Assembly: GCA_964559215.1 (NCBI GenBank)
Contig: CAZLFZ010000001.1
Coordinates: 75,287 to 139,286, forward strand
Direction: 5' to 3'
Origin: an uncultured archaeon
GTDB lineage: Archaea; Aenigmatarchaeota; Aenigmatarchaeia; QMZP01; JAFGSV01
DNA: 64,000 nucleotides
This document shows, one piece after another, positions 36,953 to 47,346 of this stretch (positions are counted from its first letter, which is position 1; every line of letters starts with the position of its first letter). The notes beneath the pieces were generated by a model. It had not been told where the DNA came from. It saw nothing but the letters and a program-made list of their open reading frames with translations, and ran no database searches. Both the position numbers and the translations under genes were made by a program.

Positions 36953-38230
36953 ATGCGGGTTATAGCCGATTTGCACATCCACAGCCCTTATTCTAGGGCC
37001 ACGAGTAGAAGCATAACAATCCAGAATCTGGAGAAATACGCCAGAATCAAAGGTTTGAATCTGCTCGGCAGCGGCGACTTTACCCATCCGATGTGGTTGC
37101 ACGAGCTCAGGGAAAATCTAACACCTGACGGTTCTGGGATTTTGAAATCCAAGAACGGTTTCAATTTCATTCTTTCCACCGAAGTTTCGAATGTTTACGA
37201 ACAGGAAAAGAAAACCAGAAAGATACACAATGTGATACTCGCTCCGGATTTCGCTACAGTCAGCCAGATAAATGAATTTCTCTCCAAGCACAGCGACCTG
37301 AATTCCGACGGAAGGCCAGTCTTTTACGGGATGCCCTGTCCAGATTTGGTGGAGAATCTGATTTCCATATCAAGAGACATAGTAATAATCCCGGCCCATG
37401 CTTGGACACCCTGGTATGGGATTTTTGGTTCGAAATCCGGTTTCGACTCCGTTGGGGAATGTTTCAAGGACCAGACAAGGCACATTTTCGCCTTGGAAAC
37501 AGGGTTGTCCAGCGACCCGGCGATGAACTGGAGATTATCGGGACTGGACAAGTACGGCCTGGTCTCGAACTCGGACGCTCATTCGTTCTGGCCTTGGAGA
37601 ATCGGGAGAGAAGCCAATATCTTTGAACTGGAAAAAGCGAGTTATGATGATATAGTAAAAGCAATCAAGGAGAGGGATGCTCGAAAATTTAAGTACACTA
37701 TAGAAGTCAATCCCGCCTACGGCAAATACCACTTCGATGGTCACAGGGACTGCGATGTGCATCTAGAACCAATGGAATCGATCAAAATGAACAATATTTG
37801 CCCTGTGTGCAGCCGGCCCCTGACCATAGGAGTGATGCACAGGGTAGAAGAGCTCGCGGACAGGCCAGAAGGCTACAAACCCAAAGGAGCTGTGCCATTC
37901 AAGACGTTGATCCCTCTGACCGAAATTATCGCGACAGCGACCGGGATAGGGCAGCTTTATTCAAAGAAAATATGGGATGATTACAACGGATTGATAAAGG
38001 CATTTGGTTCTGAGTTGGACGTGTTGCTGCATGCGGAACAGGAGGAGCTGAAAAAGGTGGTTCACCCCAAGATAGCGGAACTGGTCTTGAGGGTCAGGCA
38101 CGGAAATGTGAGAATCAAGCCCGGTTTCGATGGGGTTTACGGTCAAATGGTTTTCGGAAATTCCGAAGAATCTGAAGAAAAAAAGAGCAAAAAATCAACT
38201 TCGCCACAGACCAGGCTGGACCAGTTCTAG
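36953..38230 (+). CDS. PHP-domain protein, endonuclease Q family
   Basis: DLHIHSPYSRATS, PAHAWTPW, ETGLSSDP, SNSDAHS, GKYHFDGHRDC and CPVC Zn ribbon. Confidence 0.88.
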   Translation: MRVIADLHIHSPYSRATSRSITIQNLEKYARIKGLNLLGSGDFTHPMWLHELRENLTPDGSGILKSKNGFNFILSTEVSNVYEQEKKTRKIHNVILAPDFATVSQINEFLSKHSDLNSDGRPVFYGMPCPDLVENLISISRDIVIIPAHAWTPWYGIFGSKSGFDSVGECFKDQTRHIFALETGLSSDPAMNWRLSGLDKYGLVSNSDAHSFWPWRIGREANIFELEKASYDDIVKAIKERDARKFKYTIEVNPAYGKYHFDGHRDCDVHLEPMESIKMNNICPVCSRPLTIGVMHRVEELADRPEGYKPKGAVPFKTLIPLTEIIATATGIGQLYSKKIWDDYNGLIKAFGSELDVLLHAEQEELKKVVHPKIAELVLRVRHGNVRIKPGFDGVYGQMVFGNSEESEEKKSKKSTSPQTRLDQF

Positions 38231-38282
38231 GATTGTAAAAAAAACAGAAAATGTCCGAAATAAACGATACGTATCGGCTATT

Positions 38283-39179
38283 TTATCTGCCGTGAACTTC
38301 CACATTGGTCGAGGCGTCTACACAGTATCTGTATCTAGCTGTAATCTCAATTTCATTCTGCACGAGATTCGGGGTCCTGGAGTGCATACTCATATCGCAC
38401 GTCACTTCGCCCCTGTTGCTCCAGATAAGGAGTTCCGCAGGACATTCCACCACACTGGCCGTTGTGGATTTGATTTCCAGTCCAACCTTGTTCATCTTTT
38501 CACTATCGATGCAACTTTTCTGCCCACCGGGAAGGCACAACATACCCCCGCCACCGTTATCAACCGATATTTTCACAGGGAAGGTGACCTGCGTCTCTGT
38601 CACGATTATGGGAGAAGGGGTGGAGGCGGATATGGACACGGGGCTGTCGCCGGATATCGTACTCTGAGACGGCAAACCGGAGCCAGAATCCTGCAACCTT
38701 TTCAGTTCATACCTTGAAATGCTGGGGGTTCTCAGAACGGTTCTTCCCACGTAGTCATAACAGACCGTGATTTTGGGGGTGTACACCATGTGCAGGCCAG
38801 CTTCAATCTCAGGAGATGTCGCTGTCCACGAGCACATTTTTTCTTCCCCCTCCGTCCCGTATTGCAGATTTGGCGCCAACAGTTCGATATTGCCGCTTTC
38901 ACAATCCCGGTCGCTGACTTTCACATTACTCCAGCCATCCAGGTCAGTTAACTGGAAATAAACGTTTCTGGCCTGGAATGAACCCACATTTTTCACATTC
39001 GAATAGAGCGTAACATCTTCGTTAGGATAGACCCGCGAGAAGTCTGGCTTCCAGCCGCTTATTACAATGCCCTGACCGGATAGAGGCGGGTTTAATCCGG
39101 GAATCACGCATCCAGATGTCGTGACAGTTGCCAAAAACAGTAGAAGCAACATGCCGGACCTGATACTGCCGCCTGACAT
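38283..39179 (-). CDS. Secreted or lipoprotein-like SGC-motif protein, paralog 1
   Basis: N-terminal hydrophobic stretch ending TSGC; beta-rich body with YDY...IS..E..R...SP motif. Confidence 0.75.
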   Translation of the reverse strand: MSGGSIRSGMLLLLFLATVTTSGCVIPGLNPPLSGQGIVISGWKPDFSRVYPNEDVTLYSNVKNVGSFQARNVYFQLTDLDGWSNVKVSDRDCESGNIELLAPNLQYGTEGEEKMCSWTATSPEIEAGLHMVYTPKITVCYDYVGRTVLRTPSISRYELKRLQDSGSGLPSQSTISGDSPVSISASTPSPIIVTETQVTFPVKISVDNGGGGMLCLPGGQKSCIDSEKMNKVGLEIKSTTASVVECPAELLIWSNRGEVTCDMSMHSRTPNLVQNEIEITARYRYCVDASTNVEVHGR

Positions 39180-39330
39180 AATATATAATATGACTCAAAG
39201 TTTTTATATCGTTTCTGTAGCAGGATTTCATGAATTTGCCCCAGCCCTATCCAATTTACCAAAGGCTTTTAAGAACATCTATTTTCATGTCGTCATTCAA
39301 AGCCCAGAGGCGAGGATAGAAACAAAGGAC

Positions 39331-40302
39331 TCAGAAAAAGCCCCATTCTTCGGTGCCCGTAACGTCGATTTGAGTCGACTGGTCGGTGTAATAAATATAC
39401 TTCAAGGTGACCGTGAGTTCCCTCTCCTGCCTGTAATCAGGTGGGGTTATGACCTTCAGCTCACATGTTACCTTAGTGTCCCGGCCGTTCCACATAACAA
39501 TGGTCTTGGGCGAAACGGGCCTTGTCAGGCCGACAGGCAAGTGCATGTCATAAAATGTCCCGCCCCACTCGGTTTGGGACCTTGGTGGGCAATCCCCCTT
39601 GAACATGGTTCCCGCTGGCGGTTCTATCTCTATTCCGATCGGGTAGTTCTCGCCGGCAATCAGGCCGCCACCAGTGTTTTCTATATCAATCTGGACGGGG
39701 AAGTATGACTGCTGCCAGTTGTCCTTCGTCCTTACGAACTCGCCGGTTCTTACTTCTACCGATAAGGGGCCTGCGCTCGTGATGGTTGGATCAGCATACA
39801 GCGACTCCCCATTCTGCACGATTCTTCTCAGCTCGTCTGAGGTCACGAATGTTATTGGCTTTGTCACCTTCGTTTCATATGAATAGAACACCCTTACCAT
39901 GGGATCATAAGTCCTCCTCTCGCCCCTTTTGAGGTCAGGTGTCGTCAACCTCCAGTCGGCCGTCGCTATCTGGCCCTCTGTCCCCCTCTCGCGGTCGGCT
40001 GGCCGCAACTCATCCAGCAACTGATCCGTCTGGAAAACCCCCCAGTCCTGGGGATAGATTCCTATCAGCTTGGCTGCAGCCCTGCCGATGACATCGCCCT
40101 GGTTTTGGACCTCCAGATGCAGAATCAGATCATCGGCCGATTCAACGGATTTCAGGCTTGGTTCAAACTTCGTGATAACTATGCCATTGCCTGTTACCCC
40201 AGTGTCGCCACCGAGGTTGATGCATCCTGATACTAAGACAACGGCAACTGGAAGAATCAGCAGCCATTCCAGGTTTTTACCCATTTTTACCTTATTCATC
40301 AT
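39331..40302 (-). CDS. Secreted or lipoprotein-like SGC-motif protein, paralog 2
   Basis: VLVSGCIN; YSY...FVTSDELRR...AGP motif. Confidence 0.75.
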   Translation of the reverse strand: MMNKVKMGKNLEWLLILPVAVVLVSGCINLGGDTGVTGNGIVITKFEPSLKSVESADDLILHLEVQNQGDVIGRAAAKLIGIYPQDWGVFQTDQLLDELRPADRERGTEGQIATADWRLTTPDLKRGERRTYDPMVRVFYSYETKVTKPITFVTSDELRRIVQNGESLYADPTITSAGPLSVEVRTGEFVRTKDNWQQSYFPVQIDIENTGGGLIAGENYPIGIEIEPPAGTMFKGDCPPRSQTEWGGTFYDMHLPVGLTRPVSPKTIVMWNGRDTKVTCELKVITPPDYRQERELTVTLKYIYYTDQSTQIDVTGTEEWGFF

Positions 40303-40387
40303 ATCTCCTTTATTACTTGGTTCAATAACTTTATAAATTTTATTACTGTCTGCCGACTAATATAAGCCTTTGTTCTGGGCACTTTGA

Positions 40388-41398
40388 TTATCCAGTGAAC
40401 TTGGGATTTACCACAACCTGAACGGTTTTGATGAATGTGTACTCATAGTCATCGATGGACACTTCGAGGTGCCTTGTTGCCGTTTTTATCACTTCCTGCT
40501 CAAGGTCCGAAAGGTCAATCCTGCATGTCAGGGGAGCGGATTGCTTGCCTATTAGCCTCACATCCTCGTTCACCTTCCCCCCCAGTTTGCATTCAGTGTC
40601 CGAAATCGGTTTCAAACCGTCGCTTCCTATCCCTTTGACTGTAATATACTCACCTTTCTCCAGGCCGACAACATCATTGCCTTTCGAGTCTTTGAATTTG
40701 GAGGCCAGGTTTCCCGAGCCAGCGTTTTTCACCACCAGTTGCAACATAGTCCTGGCGCCATTATAGACGGGTACAGGCTGTTTGTCCTCGACTGTGAGGT
40801 ATGGCTTTATCGGCCCCTGTCCGACCACTATGTAGGATTCGGTGGACCTGTACTCCCTCTGCTCCAGCGTCCTTTCAAGTTCGGCCTTGCTTATGAAAGA
40901 GATGGTAGTGAGGCTGCTCGTCGTGTAGGGATATGTCACTGATACCTTCATCCCGTCCGGGGGGCATATTGTCCTGAGCTTGACGGGGTTTGACTCATCC
41001 TGCTCCAAGGTCCATACAACCCGCACGATTTCATCTGGAAGCATTCCGTTTATTTCGCACTCAGTGTCGGCCTTTTCACTCCCCTCGCACATTACTTTCG
41101 GGATATTGAAAAGCCCCTGGCAATAGTCATACAGCTCAACAGTGATTGTTTCTTCGATGCTCTTGTCCCCATTGTTTTGGATATAGGCTATTAGCTTTGT
41201 GGTTTGGCCAGCGTCTATTTCAGCCGGGATAGCCTCGAGGCTATTTATCACCACGATGTCATGCTCGTACTGGACCACGGTCGGGCCGCCAAAGCCGGGT
41301 ATGTCCGGAAGTCCTGGGATTTCGATGTTGAGAATGGGAACGGTGCAGCCGGAGCCCATAGCAACCAAAATCAGCACAAAAGGCAGCAACTTCTTCAT
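40388..41398 (-). CDS. Secreted or lipoprotein-like SGC-motif protein, paralog 3
   Basis: GSGCTVP; YPY...FISKAELER...QGP motif. Confidence 0.75.
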   Translation of the reverse strand: MKKLLPFVLILVAMGSGCTVPILNIEIPGLPDIPGFGGPTVVQYEHDIVVINSLEAIPAEIDAGQTTKLIAYIQNNGDKSIEETITVELYDYCQGLFNIPKVMCEGSEKADTECEINGMLPDEIVRVVWTLEQDESNPVKLRTICPPDGMKVSVTYPYTTSSLTTISFISKAELERTLEQREYRSTESYIVVGQGPIKPYLTVEDKQPVPVYNGARTMLQLVVKNAGSGNLASKFKDSKGNDVVGLEKGEYITVKGIGSDGLKPISDTECKLGGKVNEDVRLIGKQSAPLTCRIDLSDLEQEVIKTATRHLEVSIDDYEYTFIKTVQVVVNPKFTG

Positions 41399-41449
41399 AG
41401 TTAATAATAGCCTCGGAACAAATATAAATTTGCCTGAAGTTTATATGAT

Positions 41450-42430
41450 ATGGACGTGCTTTACCAGTATTTCTTGCTGCCTATCATGAGGAACGGGTGG
41501 TTCAACCCCGTGAACAGCCTGGTTTACGGACTGTTTTTGGTAGCGGGCAGCTGGCTTGTCTTCAAGCTTTTGCGTCGCCTGAAAATCCCGATAGACGGCA
41601 GGCTCTATCTATCCTTGCTGCCGTTCATAGCTTTCGCGGGCGTTACAAGGACCTTGAGGGACTACATTTACTTCTCCGTGGCTGGTGCTGGTGAAGCCGG
41701 CTTTTACCAGTCTTTTCTTGGACACATGCAAATTATACAAGAAAAAGCCTACGATTACACCTTTGGCGCCACGGGAAACAGTGTGCTTGCGTCCATAAAC
41801 TCACATGTCATAGCATGGTTCCCCACCCCTGGCTCCTATCTCATAACATTTCTGCTTGCGCTGTCGTCCCTTTTCGTTTCTTTGATAATAGAGAAATATG
41901 GGAAAATACCTTACTGGAAAACGCTGTTTGCGTTCGGTTTTGCATTACTTTTGCTCAACGGCGCCCTGCTGCCGGTAAATTCTTACACGCCACTGCTTTA
42001 CATAGGTATCGTTTCAATTGGATGGACGGTGCTGTTTTTCTCAATCCAGCCAATCGCCAGCATAAACAGAATTAAAAAAATGAGCAAGCGATGCGCAAAG
42101 ATCCTGCAAGACATCTTTACGAAAATCAATTCAGCCATACTCTCAGCACATTTCTTCGATGCGACAGCAACCTTCTTCGCCATAGCCGTGTTCAGCACCA
42201 TGGCGGGCCAGGGATACGCTGAGCAGCACTTCCTGTCGAGGGCGCTGATACCTTTCCTAGGTCCCCAGGTCATGTTCCTGCTGAAGTTCGCGGTCGTTAT
42301 CCCTGTTCTATACTTCACAAACAAATATGTCGAAGAGAAAGAATTCAGGAACTTCCTGCTCCTCGTTATCCTGATTCTGGGACTGGCACCGGCCACCAGG
42401 AACCTCGCCAGGCTGTTAGTGGGGGTTTGA
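41450..42430 (+). CDS. DUF63-family archaeal membrane protein
   Basis: FNPVNSLVYG, SAHFFDATAT, EQHFL and LILGLAPATRNL motifs. Confidence 0.8.
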   Translation: MDVLYQYFLLPIMRNGWFNPVNSLVYGLFLVAGSWLVFKLLRRLKIPIDGRLYLSLLPFIAFAGVTRTLRDYIYFSVAGAGEAGFYQSFLGHMQIIQEKAYDYTFGATGNSVLASINSHVIAWFPTPGSYLITFLLALSSLFVSLIIEKYGKIPYWKTLFAFGFALLLLNGALLPVNSYTPLLYIGIVSIGWTVLFFSIQPIASINRIKKMSKRCAKILQDIFTKINSAILSAHFFDATATFFAIAVFSTMAGQGYAEQHFLSRALIPFLGPQVMFLLKFAVVIPVLYFTNKYVEEKEFRNFLLLVILILGLAPATRNLARLLVGV

Positions 42431-42549
42431 AGGCAGCCAGTTATATCGAATATTATTACAGTATATTGTAAGGATTTGAAAGCAGTAAAACGACATTTTT
42501 TTAAAACTTCCTGCCAATTCTATACTCAATCAAGCTATGGAGTGGTTCC

Positions 42550-43596
42550 ATGGGCATTGCAAATTACAGAAAGGGATTCAACGGCTGGGTAGAAGATCAC
42601 GTACCTGGCGGGCAATACCTCACGATGGATGTCGGGGATGTGGCAAAGGCGGTCGGCAGATATGCCGTTAAAGGAATGAAGGCTGGAGTATACTCACTAC
42701 CATTCGTTCTCGCAGGAAACGCCCTTGCAGATGTGCAGCCAACTACAGCCAGCGACGAGGTTAAGCTGCTTGACAAATTCCATGTGAGGGAGGTTTATTT
42801 CGATGGCAGTTTCGCGGCATGCGATCTGCTGTCAGGAAATAAGTCGGTGTCCGGAGAAATGGTATTGGTGGCCGAGCCGGTCGGTAAGGATTATCTCAAA
42901 CCCGCGCCAGAAGCAAAGGGGGAGCCAGCCAAGCCAATCTTCTTCAAAGGAACACACGGCCCTAAAACAGAACCGGTTGCACCTCCAACCAGCACTGTGA
43001 CCCCTCCAAAGACCTACAGGTTGCACGTTTCGATTCCGAGGACACAGGCATGCCTCAATGATATCAATAAGTTCGTGGGTTATCTCTCCAGGAATTGCGG
43101 TGTCATCCAGCTCGTTAACAACACCCCGGAGAAAGATGACAAAGGAACGCCGGACCCAAACGATGATTTCTACCGTATTAACCATAACGGTTTCGAGATA
43201 GACATGGTGCATGTCGTCGGCGGAATTCCGGAAGGCTTCGATGACAAATGGTATGGCAATGTGAATAATGGGGAGAACCTTGCCGTTGTGGGAGCAGTGT
43301 ATGACACCGGTTTGGATTGGCGCTGCGGAAACCCAAAGGGCAACGGCTATCTGACGCTGTTCTTGGACAAGCCGGACGCTGTAAAAGAAACCCATAGGCT
43401 TGATGTCTTCCTCCCAAAGGAGAGCGGATACAGGACAGGTCAGTCACTGGCAGAGAAAATCAACGGAAGCGGCGTTATTGTCGAGAAGAAACCCGAGAAA
43501 TGGCCACAGCATAATCACCATGGAATAGAGCTGAATGACCTGAAGGTGCAAGTCAAACAGCAGTGGTATCCCAAATCCAGCAGGAAGTGTAGGTAA
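42550..43596 (+). CDS. Hypothetical protein, probably exported
   Basis: 348 aa ORF; LAGNALA/D signal-like segment after a charged leader; beta-rich body. Confidence 0.65.
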   Translation: MGIANYRKGFNGWVEDHVPGGQYLTMDVGDVAKAVGRYAVKGMKAGVYSLPFVLAGNALADVQPTTASDEVKLLDKFHVREVYFDGSFAACDLLSGNKSVSGEMVLVAEPVGKDYLKPAPEAKGEPAKPIFFKGTHGPKTEPVAPPTSTVTPPKTYRLHVSIPRTQACLNDINKFVGYLSRNCGVIQLVNNTPEKDDKGTPDPNDDFYRINHNGFEIDMVHVVGGIPEGFDDKWYGNVNNGENLAVVGAVYDTGLDWRCGNPKGNGYLTLFLDKPDAVKETHRLDVFLPKESGYRTGQSLAEKINGSGVIVEKKPEKWPQHNHHGIELNDLKVQVKQQWYPKSSRKCR

Positions 43597-43696
43597 AAGA
43601 CCTTTCTTCACCCCTTCTTTGTACACACGGTTAGTAAGAACATTCATATATTGGACATCTCATAATGGAAAGTCATTCAACTTGTTGGGTGCTAGT

Positions 43697-46600
43697 TTAC
43701 TTAGGCATACATCCGTGACTTATGACTTTACACACATCTGAATAATCCCTGGTGCATACCTCTTCCGACAGGTCATTACAAATGGCTGTTTTGAAAGTCC
43801 CCCCAGTTTCTTCTCTTGTCTCGCTCTTTACCTTGTATTCGTAATCTGTATCAAGGTCCAGCGACTTAAGGATAACGCTATGGTCTGTGCTTATACCGCC
43901 GGTGCCTGTCACGGACGTGTAGGAAGTATCAGCAGATTTCTTGTAGCTCACCATGGAATCCGCTGGAATCGATGACATCCATGTTACCGTGACCTCGTTT
44001 GTTGTTCTTTCTAGTGCGTCATTTATTGCTGTTATCCTCAGGTAACAGGTGTCTGATTGCCACTGGCATTTAGAGCTGTACGTGACCTTGCATGACGAAT
44101 CGCTGAGCTTGGTACACCCTGCTGTTGTGAAGGAGCCGCCAGACCTTTCTTTCCCATCGCTCTTCACCTTGAAATCGTATTTTGTCCTCAGATCCAGGCT
44201 TGGGAGCAAGAGCGAATGTTTCTTTTTTGGTTCAGTGGACGCCGGTTCCATCGCACTCCTCCAAGAGGAATCTTCAGACCTCTTGTAGAGAACACGATTA
44301 TCGCTAGTTGGATCCTTGGTTTGCCATTTGATGGTCACACCACTGGTTGTTTCATCGATATTGTATTCTATGTTCCCTATACCGGAATCATCAAACGGGA
44401 CCACCGATGGCTCTTGGCAGACATCGCTGAAAGCGAACAGCGTGTCCTTGGTTTCCCATTTTTTGAACCTAAACGTTGCATTTCCCCTCACGTAATACGT
44501 CTTGGTTGGCCCCCCCGGGTCTGGGGTTGAGGCGAATGTACAGAATATGGCCTGGCCTCTGTTATATTCCAGGCCTTCCCATACATGCGGAGGTCCTCTT
44601 GTTGTGGGCTTTATGGTGCATTTCGGATCCTCGCCGGTCGCTCCCACTTTTTCAAGCTCCTTCGGATAGTCGAGTGTAATCTTGACATACTCCCAGATTA
44701 TTGCGGATTTCTTACCCTCCGCCGATGTGAGGTTGAAGCCTAAGTAGAAGGGTCTCTCTCCCGCAATCAGCGGCTGGTCGAAGGACCCTATGGAGAGCTT
44801 TACGGGGGAGGTTGATATGTGCGAGGGAACTTTCGACAGGGTGAATGTACCCTTCGCTGACCTGTCTCTCCATTCCTGGTCGCTTATGACCGTCAGGGGC
44901 ATCCATGAGCTGACCTCGTAGTCATATTCCACGCTCACGTTGACCCGGATGTACATGTTTCTGTCCGACAATCTTGAAATAACACCACTTTTCATTATCC
45001 TGTCACAGTCGGTATCGAGAGTGAAAAACAAGGGAATTATAAAACCCTTTTCGATCTCATCGGTATTGTATGTTCCTCCATTCCCTATTGTGATCACATC
45101 CTTCAGATTATCCGGCACCTCGACCTTCACCTCGACCATCTTCCCGTCTTCGGGGCCGACATCATGTATGTTCAATGTCATCATAGCCGTGGTCCCTGGA
45201 TATATGGCAGGAACCTGCAGATTCTCTATCTCAACCCCGAATGCACCGGTAGGACCATGGGGGTTCGGCTCATACGTCCCTACCATTATCTGTTGTGCAA
45301 ATCCCATGGGATTGGTGAGCAGCAGGAAGGTCTGGCCGAAGGTGTTCCCCAGCGTACCAAACAGTTCTCCCAGAGGTTCGGTTATGGTCGATACGGCATT
45401 ATGCACCGTTGGCCACCATGCACCGAAGAACCCCTGCCCGACAATCTGCTCACCGGCACCCGCAGAGTAGAAAACAAAAACAACTATCAGCATCAATACA
45501 CCAGTGTAAGGCCTGACCTGTGCGGGAGACGTAATCCCACCTATCAGGCAGATTATCCAGAAGGGCAAGAACACGTTCCCTGCAAGCGTCCCGATGTCGA
45601 GATTTAGTCCAACCCCACCCATAACGCTAATCAGGCCGAATACCATCAGAACCACGAATATGATCTTGTCAAACATCTCGTAGTTCGCTGAGACACCGCT
45701 TCCTGCATGGCCTATGGCCCTTGCGAGGTTCTCCTTCTCTGCTGCTATCGGAAGGATAGCGAAGAACGCCAGCGACAGCCATCCCAGCTCTATGCTCTTG
45801 AAAATGACAAGGAAAACAAATGCCAGCAGAATGGCAACCGGGATTCTGATCAGCCCTTCCATGAATTTGTACGCCTCTTCAGTGCTGTACTCCCCAGGCA
45901 GGCTGAAGTAGGCCGCGAAGCAGAAACCAAGCAGCAGAATGCCCCTGAACGGCAGCTCGGTCGCGAAAAAGCCCCAGCCAAAGAAGAAAAGCATAAAAAT
46001 CTTAAGCAGCGACTTCGTCGCGGCAATGCCCGTGGAATACCTGTTGTCGTAGCCTTTGCCGCTTGCCAGCAGGCTGCCCATATGCCAGGGTTGCCCCTCC
46101 CAATTTTTCACGAGTTTTATCGGCTTGGGGTTAGGCAGTATGTTCATTCCAGCCCAGCAAGCGAAACCTACCAAGAACGGCCAGCCGAACATAGCACCGA
46201 CAACCAGCCCAATCAGGGCAAGGATGAGGCTGAAAGCCGTTCTTTCTGTGTGCTCCCCAATGCCACGGAAAAATTTGCTCATAGCCTTCTCTTTAGACTT
46301 ATACTGATCATACGAATCCTTTTTTGCCCTTTGCTCCTCTGTCAAGAACTTTTCACCCCCCTTTTCTTCCCTACCCAATGACTCCCTGAGGGCTTTCTGT
46401 GCGTTCTCCGAGAAATGTTTGGACTCGTCAGGGTCAAGCCCGTATTGACTTCTCGCGGTGGCCTTGTCAATACCCAGCCTCTTTAAAAAGACGTCAGTAA
46501 TGCCGTGTTTATTTACGTTGGCAGTTATCCTATCCATTTCCCTTTTTATTGACCATTCCTTACCGGATTTTGGGTTATCAATGTCGTAACCCTGATTACG

Positions 46601-47302
46601 CATATCTGTCTTCAGCCTTTCGATTCCCTCAAGCTTTCTCCGCTTTCTCAACTCGAGCCATTGTTGGTAGTCCCTATCTGACAAATCGATGAACCACGGC
46701 TGCGTATGCCCAGGTCCCCTCGGACAATTCCTGTTAACGCAGTACAACCTATATACAACTCCAATTGGCGTACTTTTCTCATCCTCGTATATCTCCTCGT
46801 GGCAATAAGGACACAACTCAGGGATGACCTCTCCTGGATGAACAAGCACAAGTTCGCCTTTCGCGTTTCTCACATAATCGTTATCGCACCTGTCGCAATG
46901 ATATTCACCAAGTGCACCGGCTATTGGATGCAGGGGATACTTCTCATGGCTGAAGCTAAGGCACGAAGGACACCAGAGTGCTCTTGACTTAGGTGGTGGT
47001 GCCTCAGGCGGAGGTTCTGGAGGCGGCTTCGGTGGGGGTCTTTCCCTTCGTTTCTTTGGCAAGTCCTCATCCAAAGCAACACTTTCTGCTCCAACCTCTT
47101 GCATTTCTGCCCTGGCAGCATCAGCCATCCTCCTTAGCTCTTCGGAACTAACATAAGCTTTGGGGTCAGGGTTATAACATGGACAGGATCTTCCAGTTCC
47201 GCCATAATCTTTATTGTCACATCTAAAAAGTCCTCTTCTCACATAAAGCGGCTCTCCGCAAAAAGGACACAAGGGTTTCGAATCCGCTCCTTCTTCTGAC
47301 AT
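43697..47302 (-). CDS. Large multidomain membrane protein: N-terminal Zn ribbons, multi-TM core, SGC-paralog-like domain and two FN3-like/Cys repeats
   Basis: CPFC...C, CPSC...CDRC and CPYC...CVNRNC; about 9-10 hydrophobic helices; YDY...VISDQEWRDR...SP motif; duplicated VT.tW...HS.lL.sLDL.T.Y.yKVKS repeat. Confidence 0.75.
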   Translation of the reverse strand: MSEEGADSKPLCPFCGEPLYVRRGLFRCDNKDYGGTGRSCPCYNPDPKAYVSSEELRRMADAARAEMQEVGAESVALDEDLPKKRRERPPPKPPPEPPPEAPPPKSRALWCPSCLSFSHEKYPLHPIAGALGEYHCDRCDNDYVRNAKGELVLVHPGEVIPELCPYCHEEIYEDEKSTPIGVVYRLYCVNRNCPRGPGHTQPWFIDLSDRDYQQWLELRKRRKLEGIERLKTDMRNQGYDIDNPKSGKEWSIKREMDRITANVNKHGITDVFLKRLGIDKATARSQYGLDPDESKHFSENAQKALRESLGREEKGGEKFLTEEQRAKKDSYDQYKSKEKAMSKFFRGIGEHTERTAFSLILALIGLVVGAMFGWPFLVGFACWAGMNILPNPKPIKLVKNWEGQPWHMGSLLASGKGYDNRYSTGIAATKSLLKIFMLFFFGWGFFATELPFRGILLLGFCFAAYFSLPGEYSTEEAYKFMEGLIRIPVAILLAFVFLVIFKSIELGWLSLAFFAILPIAAEKENLARAIGHAGSGVSANYEMFDKIIFVVLMVFGLISVMGGVGLNLDIGTLAGNVFLPFWIICLIGGITSPAQVRPYTGVLMLIVVFVFYSAGAGEQIVGQGFFGAWWPTVHNAVSTITEPLGELFGTLGNTFGQTFLLLTNPMGFAQQIMVGTYEPNPHGPTGAFGVEIENLQVPAIYPGTTAMMTLNIHDVGPEDGKMVEVKVEVPDNLKDVITIGNGGTYNTDEIEKGFIIPLFFTLDTDCDRIMKSGVISRLSDRNMYIRVNVSVEYDYEVSSWMPLTVISDQEWRDRSAKGTFTLSKVPSHISTSPVKLSIGSFDQPLIAGERPFYLGFNLTSAEGKKSAIIWEYVKITLDYPKELEKVGATGEDPKCTIKPTTRGPPHVWEGLEYNRGQAIFCTFASTPDPGGPTKTYYVRGNATFRFKKWETKDTLFAFSDVCQEPSVVPFDDSGIGNIEYNIDETTSGVTIKWQTKDPTSDNRVLYKRSEDSSWRSAMEPASTEPKKKHSLLLPSLDLRTKYDFKVKSDGKERSGGSFTTAGCTKLSDSSCKVTYSSKCQWQSDTCYLRITAINDALERTTNEVTVTWMSSIPADSMVSYKKSADTSYTSVTGTGGISTDHSVILKSLDLDTDYEYKVKSETREETGGTFKTAICNDLSEEVCTRDYSDVCKVISHGCMPK

Positions 47303-47346
47303 TTATCCACTATAAGTTAATTGGACAGGAATGTATAAATTCATTT

